Source: an uncultured bacterium (GTDB lineage Bacteria; Omnitrophota; Omnitrophia; Omnitrophales; Aquincolibacteriaceae). Taken from it: DNA of 64,000 bases. Location: the NCBI GenBank assembly GCA_964434115.1, contig CAYSSX010000003.1, positions 12,554 through 76,553 of the forward strand, in the 5' to 3' direction. The notes beneath the pieces are model-generated. The model searched no databases and had not been told where the DNA came from. It saw only the letters and a program-made list of their open reading frames with translations. The position numbers and the translations under genes were made by a program. Positions 37,145 to 47,500 of the stretch are shown here, piece after piece (position 1 is the stretch's first letter; each line of letters opens with the position of its first letter).

Positions 37145-37358
37145 ACCAGGAGGAAGGTTTCAGTGCCCTCGGCCTAGACGCTTCCGGGAATCGTCTTCCT
37201 CTGGAATCCCAGGAATCAATGATAAAGATAAGCGTTAATTCTTAAAGCTAATAAAAGATATAAACAGCTATATATTGATAGTTAAAAAATCGGTTCCCCC
37301 GTTGTTTTCCTGCCTGGAACTCTGTATCCTTTGATCAAAGAGAAGTTTCTTTCCGGGT

Positions 37359-37387
37359 TTGACAAAGCGATTTTAATAAATTATCTT
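37359..37387 (+). promoter_or_regulatory. Candidate sigma-70 promoter in the AT-rich leader upstream of giant ORF 2
   Basis: TTGACA at 37359..37364, a 17 nt spacer and TATCTT at 37382..37387. The region 37200..37440 is markedly AT-rich compared with its flanks. Confidence 0.3.
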
Positions 37388-37460
37388 TACCATATTTAAA
37401 AGTTTTAATATCACTTTAACTAATCGCGTTCCGAGACAAGGGAGGCGACATTCTACTGGA

Positions 37461-40400
37461 ATGTCGCAAACTGACTGTATGGCTATTCTAGGCGCACGAA
37501 AGTGCGCGGCGGTAACATTGTTCTTTTTCGGCTTTCAGACAGTCGCTAGCTCTGCGCCTGCTGAGACGCTTTTACCTGCCGCCTCTCAAATTCAAATCCA
37601 AGAAAAAATCCCCAACTTTACTCCTCAGGAGATTGCCGGATACCTCCGGGAAATCCCTTCCGAACTTGGCAGTTTGCGTGAAAGCTTCATTCCTGGAAAT
37701 GCTGACGCTGAAAACGGGACGGCTGAGAAACTTCCGATGCCGGTTGTTTTTCATGTTCAGGACGCACATGCAAATCTTGAGGCGCAGGCGAGAATAAAAG
37801 AAATCCTGGAATGGGTTCGGAAAATGTCGAAAGACCATGGCGTTCAAGGGCCTGTTGTCGTGGCGCTGGAGGGAAGCGCCGGGGAACTTCATCCAGAGTA
37901 CCTTGATTTATTTCCGGAATATCCGGAGGCGAATGAAGCTTTTGTCCGGGATCTCAAAGACAAAGGCGAGATCACGGGAAGCGGTCTTTTCTTGTGGGAG
38001 CAGTATAAAGAAAAAAAATCGCACCCGGAAAACGACTCGGAAAATACCGGAAACATTGTGTTTTGGGGCGCTGAAAATCCGGAGCTTTACCGGCGTAATT
38101 TGAATCAGTTTCGAAGCCTTTTGATGAAACGCAAGGAGATTGATGCGTTTCTCCAGCCTTATCAAGCCCAGCTTGCCATAGCTCAATCGCGTATTCTTAA
38201 CCCGCAGCTTCGGGATTTTTTGAAAGACAGTGATAACCCCGAGACTCTTGCCCTGGCAGTTCTGAAGCACGCCAAGCCAACACTGGGTATTGATCTTTCC
38301 GAGCGGATCGAGCAGATCCGTTTCCCTAATCTTGCGCGTTTTGCCTACCTCCGTGAGCTTGAGCCGCTCCTCGACTCAGAACTGTCCCGCATGGATTGGC
38401 AGTCGCTGAAAAAGGGGTTTGAAAAGGATGGGATTCCCGAGGAGATGATCGCGAGGTTTGAACAGCTTTTTTCTCCTTCGGATGAAACGGGTGTCTCCTT
38501 CCGGAAAACAGTTGAAGAGATTTTACAGCGTTCCAATTTTTCCGCATCCCGCTTCCGTGATTACCCTCATTTGGCACAATGGGTTTCCTACAAATTACTC
38601 AGCCAGGAAATAGAGTCTTCGGATTTTGTCGCCGAGCTGGAACGGCTCAAGCAGGCGGTGATGACGAAATTGGCCGTGCGCAAGCAGGAAAAAGATTTTC
38701 TGAGTGTGCACAGTGACTTTTCGCTTTTTCAAAAGGTGCTTCATCTCGAAGTGACGCGCAGTGAGTATGCGGAAGCGTTGAAAACTGGAGGCCGTCTTCA
38801 GGCCGGTGAATTCAGCAAGCGCTTGGGCGAACTTCTTGAGCGGGATCGTGAGTTTGAGGAGCTCGGCAAAAATGCACGCAATAACGAGGCGGCTCTTCAA
38901 GAGGTCTTTAAGAAGGCTCTTGGATTCTACGAAGGTGCAGGAAGCCGCGATCTTGAAATTTTGGAGAATGCGCTTAGCTTTTATGACAAGCAAGCCAGGG
39001 CTCAGGTCAGTTTGCAGGAAGGCGCGCTGTCAAAGCCCGGAGTTCTGGTGCTTGTGACAGGAGGTTTTCATTCCGAGGGTGTGACACGTTACCTTAAGGA
39101 TCAAGGGATTGCTCACCTCGTGGTCGTTCCGAGGATTTCAAAAATCGAAACAGAAAATCTTTATTTCAAAGTCATGCGCCGTGAGAATTCCGACATGTCC
39201 GCTTATTTTGACAAAAACCCCCTGAACAAACAGGAGTCTCTTTTCCTTCGCGGACTCGTTGAAAAAGCGGCCCCGGAACTCACTCAAAAATACGGCGTTT
39301 CGAGCGCGGAAATCCCGCAGTTATTGGAGCAAGTCATTCACCGGCATCCGGTGCTTTCTGAAAAACTGGAAACCGCTGTGTTTCCCGGTGAAGGCAAACC
39401 CTTTGTCCGGATTAGTGTCACAGATCCCGCGAAGAAAGCCGTTCGAACCTCGGCTCAAAGTGTTGGGGAAGTGGACCTTCTTACTTCGGCAGGAAAGGGC
39501 CAGGCCTCTTATGCTTATTTGGCAGAGCAGGAATTCGACCCGAGCCTTGTTACAACGGTGACAGTGACGCCGAGCTTAAGCGGTCATTCCGCCGTTGAAA
39601 AAGCGCCGCTCAAAGGCGGTCTGTTGATGCAAAACCTGGGAAGCCTTGAAGTGACCGCGGGGCCGATTGATGCGGCTAATTTAAAAATTCTTAGATCCGC
39701 CGCCGATCAAATGCGTAATTTCAGCGGGATCATGAGCGCGACCCAGGCGGGGCCGAATTCTCTTATTCTGCCCCAGGCTGGAGTGCGGTCGGAGCTTCGA
39801 ACGATTCCGCAGGGATCCGAGAAGAAAGCGGTGGCAGAAATATCGCTCGATAAGATGACGGCAAATCAGGAGGAAATTAACCGGATCGTTGAAAACCATG
39901 ACCTGATTTATGTGAAGGCGGACATCCAGGATACTTTGACCTATGCGGAGTATATGAAAAAGTTTGAACCGTATATCACGGCGATTGGGAGTGCGCTAAA
40001 AACCCTTCGGCAAAAGGAAAAGCTGGGCGGGCGTGACAATTCGCATAAAGTCTTTATCATGAAAACCTGGTCGGAAGTGGGAAGCACTCAAAAGTTTTTT
40101 GATGACATCAAATGGTTCCGGGAACCGACACCGGAAGAAGGCGACAACGATTACTTTTTTGACGTTGTTTTTCAACCCGATTTTTCCTACCGGAGCGAGA
40201 GCGGAAAGGATGTCGAGGACCAAATCCTTTTTGGGGTTCGGAACCTTGGCGTTCCGAGCGGGGATCTCGAAACAGCCCGGCAGGAGAGGACGCTTAATCT
40301 TTTGCGGAAAAATTTTGATAACCCGGATTTTATGGGTGCTGCCAGCGCGGAACAAACGAAGAATGATTTGTTTCTTTACCTGGCGGCGAAGCTCGCGCAC

Positions 40401-43400
40401 TTTAATGACTTAGCCAAGGTGTCAGAGCGTTATGGTGCGGACCTTAGCGTGGTGGCTTATGGCGCGGGGCTTGATAAACGAATCCGCAAACTTTTCACCA
40501 ACCCTTCTTTAGGTTTCGGCGGACGTCTCGCCCAGTTTTTGGAGTGGGTCAGGGAAGAGAGGCTGGAAGAAGTTCTGGCAGCTCTTGAAGCCCGTCCGGA
40601 TTTCTTTACGGAGCGTGAAAAACAGGATACCAAGCAGAAGAAACTGGAAATTATTGAAAGACGCCTTTCGGACAGTGTGTCGATGCTCCGTGAAATTGCT
40701 GAGAACCCGGACAGCGACATCACGGTGAAAGATATTCTGGATAAATTGCCGCCTATCCTGCATTTCCTTTTCGAGCTGGAAACGGTTCTCGATATCAACA
40801 AACGGAATCTGCAGGATTTTTCTGACAAGATTTCAGCGTATGTCGGTGACCTCAAGGGAAAGAAAGCGGCGCTTATTGGCGTGGGGTACCGGGAAGGGGA
40901 CACCCGGGTTACAAAATCTCCGGCCAAGCGGATTATCCGGCAGCTTGTGGCCGCGGGAGTGACCGAGTTTTACGTCTCGGATCCGCTCGCGCGGCAATCG
41001 CTTAAAGAATGGATCGAGGCCATCAGAAAAAACCCGCATGATTCGATGGGGAAAATTCTCAAAGACCGCCGTGTTCGCTTTTATGGCGTGGATGATGGAA
41101 CCCCCGATCTTGATCTTTACACAGCCTCTGCGAATTCCGACTTCGTGGTGATTCCCACAGATGCCAACTCCGATTTGAAGAATTTGGACCTCCCAAGACT
41201 TAAACAGAGTCTGGGGGATAAATTCCTTTTTGACGGAATTAACTTTTTTGGTCTCCGGGCGAACGGAGAAACAATTTATTCTTTAGAGGCCCTTCGGGGC
41301 GCGGGTATCCGCTATGTCAGCGTGGGCCGTCCGCCCTTGAATTTTTCCAGCGATTACGCACTTGTAGACAGCCGCGTTATTGGTGACGATTATGAACGCG
41401 GCGATGCTCAGCTCGCAGCAAAAGCCGTTGAAGAGTATCAGGCCTATCTCTTATCTCTGGAAACAGACGATGAGCGGAGAAAGAAACTGGAAGAGATTTT
41501 CAGAACACCGCAATTAGACCAGCGTGAAGCGAACGCTATTCCTGTCACTCAAAAGAAGGTTGCCGTGATTGGCGGCGGTTACGTGGGATTGACTACGGGG
41601 GCCAACCTGGCCGATCTCGGAAATGATGTGACCGTTCTCGATATTCCGCAGAGGAAGCGCGCGATGGACGCGTTGACCAGTGAAGCCACGGAAGTTCCTA
41701 TTCATGAGCCCGGTCTGCGCGACCTCATTATTAAAGGTAAGGAAGCCGGCAGGATACGGTTTCAAACCCTTCCCGCGGAGTATGAAAAAGGTGTGCGTGA
41801 AGCGAGCATTGTTTACCTTGCCGTGGGAACCCCTCAGCAGGACAACGGCGCTCAGGACCCCGCTTATATCAATGGTGCTATGCGTGATATCGCGGCCATT
41901 ATCAAACGCCAAGCCTCGGAAACGAGCAGAGAGGCAGCCTTTAAAACCATTGTGATCAAATCGACCGTGACTCCCCGGGTATTCGAAGACGCGGTAAAAA
42001 TTTTGGCGCAGGAGTTCGGCCTCAAGCCAGGGATTGATTACGGCTTTGTCAGTAATCCGGAGTTTTTGAGAGAAGGGCAAGCGATCAAGGACATTACCAC
42101 GGACCTTGACCGGACCGTTCTGGGGTTTTACTCGGGAATGCCGCAGGAAGCCCGCAGGCGAGTCGAAAAAGATCTTTTGGAACTCTGGTATCCGCTCATG
42201 CTGCGCACCCCTCACTCTGTTCTGCTGACCGATACGGCAACCTCTACTTTAATCAAATACGCGGCCAATGCGTTTCTCGCGGTGTCCATCACCACGGCGA
42301 ATGTGATGGCCCAGGATGCCGCGCTTGAAATTGAAGGTTCCAACTTCAAGGAAATCGCTCCGAGACTGCGCAGAGACCAGCGGGTTGGAGCGAATGCCTT
42401 CCTGAGCGAGGGATGCGGGTACGGCGGATCCTGTTTTCCTAAGGATGTCCGTGCGGTGAACTATCTTTCCGATGAACAAGCCGGCCGTTCGCTTTTGATG
42501 ATTGTTCTTGCCGATCAATTGAACCAATATTTCAAAACCGCTGAGGTTAAGCGGCTGATTGAACAGCTTCGCGGGACCAAGGCGATTGGGACGAAGGCGA
42601 TTCTTCAGGGCAAAGTCATCGCTCTTCTTGGAATGGCTTTCAAAGCTGAAACCGACGATATGAGAGAAGCGCCAAGCGCGCACGTTCTTTATGAGCTTTT
42701 GAAATTGGATGCCCAGCAAGTCAGGATCGATGACCCGATTTTCAGAACACCGGATGCCCCCCGGAAAGAAGTGATTATCAATAATTATCTGGGAGAGCTT
42801 TACAAGCATTTCAAACACGATGTGGATTTTGAGAGAGCCTTTGACGTCTATCTTAGATCCGGGGCTTTGGAAGATCAGACGGTTCAGCGTCAACTGTTCG
42901 CCAGGCTCCGCTTCAACCCGGATGTCCAAAAGCAATTGAGAGAAAGAATCAGTGTTGATTACGATGTGGATCTTGATGAAGCCGCTTTCCGGAAAAACTA
43001 TGGCATCTATTTTGATCCAAGTAATCCCAAAGATCCATGGGATGATCAAGCCGCCCATCTTGATGTCCGCCCGTTGATTTATGGATTTCAAGGTTTGTTG
43101 AAGACCAACCGCATCGACAGCTCCTCCCTTAAGGAGTTTTACTTCCGTGAGGTTTTCTTTAACCTCAAATACCAGGTCACGAACAGGGTGGTTTTTGTGA
43201 ATCAGGCCGAGGAAGCTCTTTCTTTTGAAGCTTCTGCCGGCAGCGGAAAACGTCCCGCGGATGCCGCACTTTTGATTACGGATTGGAGCGAGTACCGGAA
43301 TTTGGACTATTCAAGTTTTTCAGGACAGCTTTTGATTGATACCCGCAATACCCTTTATGCACGAGCCCCGCAGCTGACATCAAGCCTGGGAATCAACTTA

Positions 43401-44372
43401 ATCGGTCCCGGCCGCCGCACGCCGGCGCTGGGATCCATCCGTTCTGAACTGCGCTTGGCGGAAACAGCCTCGGTTTTTGAAACCCTCGCTGCCTCGGATG
43501 CTGCTAATCCGGTGAGCACGGTCCAGTTCCGGGAAAGGGTTTCGGAATTGCCTCGCCCCGGATCTTCGAGCGTGGCGGAGTTTCTTGAAATTCACCCGGA
43601 CTTCAAACCCAGGGATCAGGTGGTGGATGCTGTAGCCGCATCGTTTTTGCCGGAAGATGTACTGCATACCGATGACCCGAGTTCTATCGAGTATGTTCAT
43701 CTGCGTCTCTCGGAACCGTCCAAGGTTTCCGAGGAAGAACCGCTTGTTCTAAAAGAAGCCCGTGCCGCTTTGGGAAAATACGGCTGGCTTTTGGATCAGG
43801 CAAAAACCCCGGGACAGATTATTCTTCCGCTGGAGCAGGATCAGTCCGGTGATGAGGATCAGTTGAATGACAAGCTGTTCCGGGTTGCGGTCGTTTTGGC
43901 TGCCGCGGACCCGGGAAATCATTTTGCTTTTCTTGTCGATGGAACTCCTCAGCAGGCCCGGGCACAGGCATCCCGTATTGCAGGCCGGCAAAGCGAACTT
44001 AAAATTCCGGCAGCCCGAATTCTCGAACAGTTCAAATTTGTGCCTACGGATGGAAGTTCAGCGGGGTACATCCGGGCGGTTAAACAGCTTTATTCGAAGA
44101 ATAAAGAGGTGGATTCGGCGGTCGTCGGGAAGCGGCTGGATTGGCTGAGCGATCTCGAGTATATCCCGCGTATGCATAGAATTTTCAACGAACGTCTTGA
44201 TGACAAGACCGCTATTCTTGTCACGGCGGCCCTTTTGCGGCAATTGAGCGATCAATACGATGTGGTCAGGATGGACGATCTTCTCAAAAAATTTGATATT
44301 AATCTTGATGAACTGGTTGAGAACGTGGCGCGTATGATCCAGGTCATCAACCATCTTGCGACCCAAGCTTAA
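37461..44372 (+). CDS. Giant multidomain protein 2 (2303 aa). It has an N-terminal hydrophobic anchor, the shared two-His N-module, an extra UDP-binding (UDPGDH-C-like) domain and a complete UDP-glucose/GDP-mannose dehydrogenase
   Basis: Uninterrupted 6912-nt ORF. N-module motifs are QDAH at 37758..37769 and GGFH at 39060..39071. The dehydrogenase motifs are VAVIGGGYVGLTTG, NPEFLREGQA, GCGYGGSCFPKD (Cys codon 42432..42434), IALLGMAFKAETDDMREAP and ITDWSEYRN. Confidence 0.8.
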   Translation: MSQTDCMAILGARKCAAVTLFFFGFQTVASSAPAETLLPAASQIQIQEKIPNFTPQEIAGYLREIPSELGSLRESFIPGNADAENGTAEKLPMPVVFHVQDAHANLEAQARIKEILEWVRKMSKDHGVQGPVVVALEGSAGELHPEYLDLFPEYPEANEAFVRDLKDKGEITGSGLFLWEQYKEKKSHPENDSENTGNIVFWGAENPELYRRNLNQFRSLLMKRKEIDAFLQPYQAQLAIAQSRILNPQLRDFLKDSDNPETLALAVLKHAKPTLGIDLSERIEQIRFPNLARFAYLRELEPLLDSELSRMDWQSLKKGFEKDGIPEEMIARFEQLFSPSDETGVSFRKTVEEILQRSNFSASRFRDYPHLAQWVSYKLLSQEIESSDFVAELERLKQAVMTKLAVRKQEKDFLSVHSDFSLFQKVLHLEVTRSEYAEALKTGGRLQAGEFSKRLGELLERDREFEELGKNARNNEAALQEVFKKALGFYEGAGSRDLEILENALSFYDKQARAQVSLQEGALSKPGVLVLVTGGFHSEGVTRYLKDQGIAHLVVVPRISKIETENLYFKVMRRENSDMSAYFDKNPLNKQESLFLRGLVEKAAPELTQKYGVSSAEIPQLLEQVIHRHPVLSEKLETAVFPGEGKPFVRISVTDPAKKAVRTSAQSVGEVDLLTSAGKGQASYAYLAEQEFDPSLVTTVTVTPSLSGHSAVEKAPLKGGLLMQNLGSLEVTAGPIDAANLKILRSAADQMRNFSGIMSATQAGPNSLILPQAGVRSELRTIPQGSEKKAVAEISLDKMTANQEEINRIVENHDLIYVKADIQDTLTYAEYMKKFEPYITAIGSALKTLRQKEKLGGRDNSHKVFIMKTWSEVGSTQKFFDDIKWFREPTPEEGDNDYFFDVVFQPDFSYRSESGKDVEDQILFGVRNLGVPSGDLETARQERTLNLLRKNFDNPDFMGAASAEQTKNDLFLYLAAKLAHFNDLAKVSERYGADLSVVAYGAGLDKRIRKLFTNPSLGFGGRLAQFLEWVREERLEEVLAALEARPDFFTEREKQDTKQKKLEIIERRLSDSVSMLREIAENPDSDITVKDILDKLPPILHFLFELETVLDINKRNLQDFSDKISAYVGDLKGKKAALIGVGYREGDTRVTKSPAKRIIRQLVAAGVTEFYVSDPLARQSLKEWIEAIRKNPHDSMGKILKDRRVRFYGVDDGTPDLDLYTASANSDFVVIPTDANSDLKNLDLPRLKQSLGDKFLFDGINFFGLRANGETIYSLEALRGAGIRYVSVGRPPLNFSSDYALVDSRVIGDDYERGDAQLAAKAVEEYQAYLLSLETDDERRKKLEEIFRTPQLDQREANAIPVTQKKVAVIGGGYVGLTTGANLADLGNDVTVLDIPQRKRAMDALTSEATEVPIHEPGLRDLIIKGKEAGRIRFQTLPAEYEKGVREASIVYLAVGTPQQDNGAQDPAYINGAMRDIAAIIKRQASETSREAAFKTIVIKSTVTPRVFEDAVKILAQEFGLKPGIDYGFVSNPEFLREGQAIKDITTDLDRTVLGFYSGMPQEARRRVEKDLLELWYPLMLRTPHSVLLTDTATSTLIKYAANAFLAVSITTANVMAQDAALEIEGSNFKEIAPRLRRDQRVGANAFLSEGCGYGGSCFPKDVRAVNYLSDEQAGRSLLMIVLADQLNQYFKTAEVKRLIEQLRGTKAIGTKAILQGKVIALLGMAFKAETDDMREAPSAHVLYELLKLDAQQVRIDDPIFRTPDAPRKEVIINNYLGELYKHFKHDVDFERAFDVYLRSGALEDQTVQRQLFARLRFNPDVQKQLRERISVDYDVDLDEAAFRKNYGIYFDPSNPKDPWDDQAAHLDVRPLIYGFQGLLKTNRIDSSSLKEFYFREVFFNLKYQVTNRVVFVNQAEEALSFEASAGSGKRPADAALLITDWSEYRNLDYSSFSGQLLIDTRNTLYARAPQLTSSLGINLIGPGRRTPALGSIRSELRLAETASVFETLAASDAANPVSTVQFRERVSELPRPGSSSVAEFLEIHPDFKPRDQVVDAVAASFLPEDVLHTDDPSSIEYVHLRLSEPSKVSEEEPLVLKEARAALGKYGWLLDQAKTPGQIILPLEQDQSGDEDQLNDKLFRVAVVLAAADPGNHFAFLVDGTPQQARAQASRIAGRQSELKIPAARILEQFKFVPTDGSSAGYIRAVKQLYSKNKEVDSAVVGKRLDWLSDLEYIPRMHRIFNERLDDKTAILVTAALLRQLSDQYDVVRMDDLLKKFDINLDELVENVARMIQVINHLATQA
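37758..39071 (+). other. Shared N-terminal module of giant 2 (between the QDAH and GGFH motifs)
   Basis: VVFHVQDAHANLEAQ ... VVVALEGSAGELHPEYLDLFPEYPEA ... VLVLVTGGFHSEGVTRYL. GGFH falls at residue 534-537, the same position as in giant 3. Confidence 0.6.
40855..41180 (+). other. Additional UDP-glucose dehydrogenase C-terminal-like (UDP-binding) domain in giant 2
   Basis: KGKKAALIGVGYREGDTRVTKSPAKRIIRQLVAAGVTEFYVSDP...DFVVIPTD follows the pattern VAVLGLAFKxxTDDxRESPA..II..L...GA.V..YDP...AD.VVI.T. Confidence 0.45.
41551..43370 (+). other. UDP-glucose/GDP-mannose 6-dehydrogenase domain of giant 2 (the UDP-binding subdomain has a long insertion)
   Basis: The NAD-binding GGGYVG, the central NPEFLREG, the catalytic GGSCFPKD, the C-terminal FKAETDDMREAP and the final ADAALLITDWSEYRNLDYSSFSGQLLIDTRN are all present. 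Confidence 0.75.
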
Positions 44373-44527
44373 GCGAGCCCTTTTGGGGTTTGTAAAATTT
44401 TTTCCAAGTCCTTTTGCAGTAAGCCTATAAAGTTACCCCCCTGGTTTGACCCAAGGCATTTCATCAGGTATCTTTCTATCAGACTTTTTAAAAGTTCCCA
44501 ACACGCGTAAAACCTTCGCGGAGAGCT

Positions 44528-47500
44528 ATGGATTTACCTAAAATAAAAACCGGGTGGGCCCGGCTTAGTGCTTGGCCTTTGCTCATCGTCTTTCTCTGTT
44601 CCGAGACGATTGGTCCGGGGTCTGTCCATTTAGCGTATGCCGGCGAACCCGCGGGTTTTTCTAGTGTCATCTCCGGTAAAGACGGGGATGTTTTAAAGGC
44701 TCTCTTGAAGCTGATGCCGGAGAATAAGGCTGTTGTTCAGAGCCTCGAAAATGGAAAGGGAAGTCCGGAAGACCCCCGGGTGATTCATCTTCAAGATGCC
44801 CATGCTAACCCCGAAGCTCAGCGCCATATTCAAGAAGTCCTGAGTTTTCTGGCGGAGCACCAAGCACGCAAAGGGCTTGATCTTTTTGTCGCCGTGGAAG
44901 GCGCCCGAGGAGATTTACACCCGGAGTATTTTGACTTCTTTCCGGATGTCCCGGAGGCCGGAGATGCGGTCGTTCGAGACCTTCTTGAAAAAGGTGAAAT
45001 TTCCGGCGTGGAACTTTTTGCCTGGTCCCAGTATCAGACCCTCAAAAAGAAACCCGCATCCGGCCAGCTGAACCCTGTGAAGATCCGAGGAGTCGAAACA
45101 ACACCGCTTTACCGCGAAAACCTGGAAACTTACCGGGCTTTGCTCAGCCGCCGGCCTTGGATTTCTGAAACCCTTGAAAAAGGTAAGGCGGCGCTGCAGA
45201 GCGAGATGACGCAGACGCTGAATCCGGAACTGACCCGTTTTTACAAAGAGCGTGAGAAACGCCGGCATGGGCAATTTGGAATCCGGAGAAAAGACGCGGG
45301 CAACGGTGATCTGAGCGTTTATGCGGATACGCTTAAGGTGCAGAGCGCGCAAACGCTTCAGGTTAATCTTGAGGATCCGGTTGAGCAGCTGCGCTTTCCG
45401 AATTTTGCGAGGCTTCTTGAACTGAAGAAAACGAAACTCAGTTTTCATGACGAAGCGACTGTTCAAGGCTGGAAGCAAGTCCTAGAGCTCCTTTCCAAAT
45501 CGCCTCAAAATGCAAGCAATCTGACGGCTCTTGCGGAGCTGGCAAAGAACCATGCTATTTTGACGGCCGAGGACCTGGCGGCGTTTCCTTCTGCCGAAGC
45601 CGTGGAAGAAATTTCTCCGCGCCGGATTTTTGAAGACCTCGCACAGCAGGGCATTCTAGCGGCCGCAGGCGAAGAGGGGGCCCTGCCCTTTAAGTCGGCA
45701 CTGAAAGCAATCGTTCTCCAGTCAGAACTTGATGTCCAGGGCTTGTTCGAAGAAATGGACCGTCTTGAAAATGGCATTCTAAATAGTCTGGCTGTGAGTC
45801 CGGCTGAAAAGGAATGGCTTGGCCGGATACAGAGTTATGAGAATCTCCAAAAGCTGATGTATCTGGAAATGACAAGGTCTGAATTTGAAAAGATCGATTC
45901 CCGGCGTCTTGACCTTGAAACCCTGCTGGGAAGCGTTCTTGCTCCGGACGCCCTGAAGGAATTAAAGAAACTCTCGGAGCAGGCATTTTTCTTTTACCAG
46001 CAAGCCCGTGAACGCGATGAAGCGCTTGTGTCCAATGCCCTTGAATTTGTGCATAAAGAAATGGAGGGGCCCGGACGGGAAGTCCTTTCCATGAAGAGGG
46101 AAGACGACTCCAGGCCCATTCTTGTTATTGTCAGCGGCGGATTTCATGCTCAAGGAATACAGGATGTCCTGCGGAAGAAAAAATTGTCCTTTGCGTCCGT
46201 GCTGCCGACTATCGGTGAACTTGACCGGGGAGAACGTTACGCCCGTGTTATGGGAGGCGAAAACGCCGACCTTCAAATTTACTTTAAGAATGCCAACCCT
46301 TTTCTGACGAAGCAGGAAGCTCTCTTTTTTAAAGAGGCCGTTGAGGTGGCCCTCCCTGTTTGGATCAAAGAAAAAGGAACTTCTCCCGATTCTCTCAACG
46401 AGGTGAAAGGTTCTTTTAAGAGCCATCCGGTGCTGTCGCAGATCTTAGAGGTCGAACTCGCGGAGTCTGCTGTTTCGCCGGCCCTTGTTTTTTCCGCGCG
46501 GCCTAATCTTGGGGCTTTGCTGCCAAGAAATTCTTCCATCAGCGCTGTCTTGTCTTCTTCGGATATTGCTTTCAGCCGCGAAGTGGAGGGGAAACTTCCC
46601 AGGAAGGAAACGTCTTCCGAATTCCGGTGGAAACCTTCAGGGGTTTCATCCGCGCCCCGGCCGCAGGAAATCCCGGCTGGACCGCGTGCCGAACTGCGTT
46701 CAACGGGAACATCGTTAAGCCCGGAAGAACAAAGGTTTGCCGAGCAGAATATTCAGGCCATGTACAACGCGGTTCAGAAGTCGGAAGGTCCCGACATTGT
46801 GATCATTGTTTCTGCGCAAGAAAGCGAACGGCGTTTTTGGAAAACAAGGCTTGAAGGCCTGCGCGGGCAGGTCATCGGAAAAGATACAACGGTGTTTTCA
46901 GTTCTGGAAAGTTACGGAGCCGGTTCTCCTCCGGGAAATGGGCTGGGCAGTCTGCTGGCCTATCAAAGCGCCCGGGAAGAAAGCAAAGAACAAGCCGGTG
47001 TCAGCTGGAAAACATTGATGGAAAAAATCAAACGCGAAAAGGGCAGGGAAGCGACGATTGCGATTTATCACACGGCAGGTTTTGGAAGCCGTGTTTGGCC
47101 GATCACCGGTTCCGAATACGGTTCTAAAAGCCGCATCACGATGCCTCGCTATTTGGATAAAGCAGGAAGCAAGGTGCCGATGACGCTTCTTGAGTCCACC
47201 ATTTTTCAAAGTTCGATTTTTGCCAAGAACCGCCCAGGACGAATCCTGGTGTTTTGGGGAGACCAGGTGTTTGTGCCGACGGTGCCGCTCGAGGAGCTTC
47301 AAAGTCCGAGTGATTCTCCTGTCGAGATTTTGGCGTTAGTGGGACAGTTTCCCTACGAAGACATTATCAATAAATATGGGTTGATCGCACTTGAATCGCA
47401 GGGGCCGGACGGATGGACGGCTGCGCGGCTCATGCAAAAACCAAAAACGGTGCAGGAAGCCCAGGAATTTATAGCTGCGCACAGCCAGGTTTCGGGAATG

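Noticed and set aside
36835-37238. Two ORF-track entries (36835..37086 and 37041..37238) encoding MGFFLPEKWWIRTGVAAPKKKEHRRCDFHA...
   Set aside because: They lie entirely inside the two copies of the 150-bp tRNA-Lys/terminator direct repeat and read through a terminator hairpin. They are duplicated artefacts of the repeat, not genes.
41514-43091. Minus-strand ORFs of 233 and 280 aa (41514..42215 and 42249..43091) inside giant 2
   Set aside because: They are antisense shadow ORFs of the strongly supported UDP-glucose dehydrogenase domain. They are low-complexity with no motifs. They owe their length to the stop-codon-poor opposite strand of a moderately GC-rich gene.
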